NCBI GenBank assembly: GCA_002780065.1
Contig: PEWQ01000203.1
Span: 1 to 19,682, forward strand
From: Candidatus Hydrogenedentes bacterium CG07_land_8_20_14_0_80_42_17
GTDB taxonomy: Bacteria; UBA8481
Length of the DNA: 19,682 nt
Direction: 5' to 3'
Shown: piece by piece, positions 18,993-19,682 of the stretch
Layout: each line of letters opens with the position of its first letter
Numbering within the stretch: the stretch's first letter is position 1
The notes under the pieces: generated by a model
Database searches by the model: none
What the model was told of the DNA's origin: nothing
What the model saw: the letters and a program-made list of their open reading frames with translations, nothing else
Made by a program: the position numbers and the translations under genes

Positions 18993-19682
18993 GTGATTAG
19001 AGAAAAAGCTCCAACTCATGTCACAATAATTGGCGGCGGGCTTGCCGGAAGCGAAGCCGCTTGGCAAATAGCGCAAGCTGATATTGATGTCGCGCTATAC
19101 GAAATGCGTCCAATAAAAACCACGGAAGCTCATAGAACTGATCTTCTCGCAGAACTTGTATGCTCAAATTCTTTCCGAGCCAGCGACTCAATTTCCGCCG
19201 CTGGAACATTAAAAGATGAAATGCGGGAACTTGATTCGATTGTAATGCGCGCCGCGGACGCAACCAAAATACCTTCCGGTAAAAGTCTTTCGGTAGATCG
19301 AAATTTATTTTCTGCTAACGTCACTGATTTACTCTCTTCTCATCCGAGAATAAAAATAATTCGGCAAGAAATCAGTGAAATACCGGATGGCAATGTAATT
19401 ATTGCGTCCGGACCTCTGACTTCCAATAAGCTCGTCTCAGCAATACTTCAACTCACAAATTCGAAAGCTCTGTCGTTCTATGACGCTATTGCTCCAATCA
19501 TTGACTCTTCAACTCTAACCCCTGGTACTTATTTTGAGGCTTCAAGATATTCAGACGAAAAAGATTATCTCAACGTTCCGCTTTCAGAAGAAAATTACAA
19601 AAAATTTGTAGAGGAACTTATATCTGCCGAAACTTTTACTCATCTCGATGAAGATTTTTTTGAAGGATGTCTTCCAATTGAA
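18993..19682 (+). CDS. trmFO: Methylenetetrahydrofolate--tRNA-(uracil54-C5)-methyltransferase TrmFO (Gid), 3'-partial
   Basis: VTIIGGGLAGSEAAWQIA...LYEMRP...ELVCSNSFR...DRNLFSANVT...ASGPLTS...FEGCLPIE is collinear with TrmFO. It runs off the window end. The only in-frame start after the topA stop is GTG 18993. Confidence 0.8.
   Translation, partial: MIREKAPTHVTIIGGGLAGSEAAWQIAQADIDVALYEMRPIKTTEAHRTDLLAELVCSNSFRASDSISAAGTLKDEMRELDSIVMRAADATKIPSGKSLSVDRNLFSANVTDLLSSHPRIKIIRQEISEIPDGNVIIASGPLTSNKLVSAILQLTNSKALSFYDAIAPIIDSSTLTPGTYFEASRYSDEKDYLNVPLSEENYKKFVEELISAETFTHLDEDFFEGCLPIE

Overview
This 19.7 kb window is a moderately AT-rich bacterial chromosomal segment of mostly housekeeping genes. Genes use Shine-Dalgarno sites (AGGAGG/GGAGG), and an LPS heptosyltransferase suggests a diderm. 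The 18 supported protein genes fall into four transcriptional blocks. Block 1 (+) is a 5'-truncated CheY-like receiver gene followed 16 nt later by dnaK. A 500-bp intergenic region follows, containing a near-consensus sigma70 promoter, a Shine-Dalgarno-led 18-codon small ORF and a short (278 aa) flagellin gene with no flagellar neighbours. Block 2 (+) is coaD-pta with ATGA overlaps. It continues into three membrane-anchored proteins (a 119-aa tail-anchored protein, an SPFH/band-7 protein and a transmembrane zinc-ribbon protein) and ends in a hairpin plus T-run terminator. A queG (-), a multipass membrane protein (+) and an isochorismatase-family hydrolase (+) follow. Block 3 (-) is galE-nadB-maf-TPR membrane protein-GT9 heptosyltransferase with tight or overlapping junctions. 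Block 4 (+) is dprA-smg(DUF494)-topA-trmFO (3'-partial), a conserved synteny. No rRNA, tRNA or CRISPR array was found. The most unusual sequence-level observation is an approximately 90-bp MITE-like element with 17-bp terminal inverted repeats, present in two divergent copies in opposite orientation. One copy lies right after the dnaK terminator; the other lies right after the block-2 terminator and supplies the last 12 codons and stop of queG. The other notable observations are the promoter and small-ORF cassette ahead of the orphan flagellin, a hairpin that sequesters the maf Shine-Dalgarno site, forced TTG/GTG starts, and a trmFO start anomaly. No defence or other multi-gene novel system can be supported from the sequence alone.
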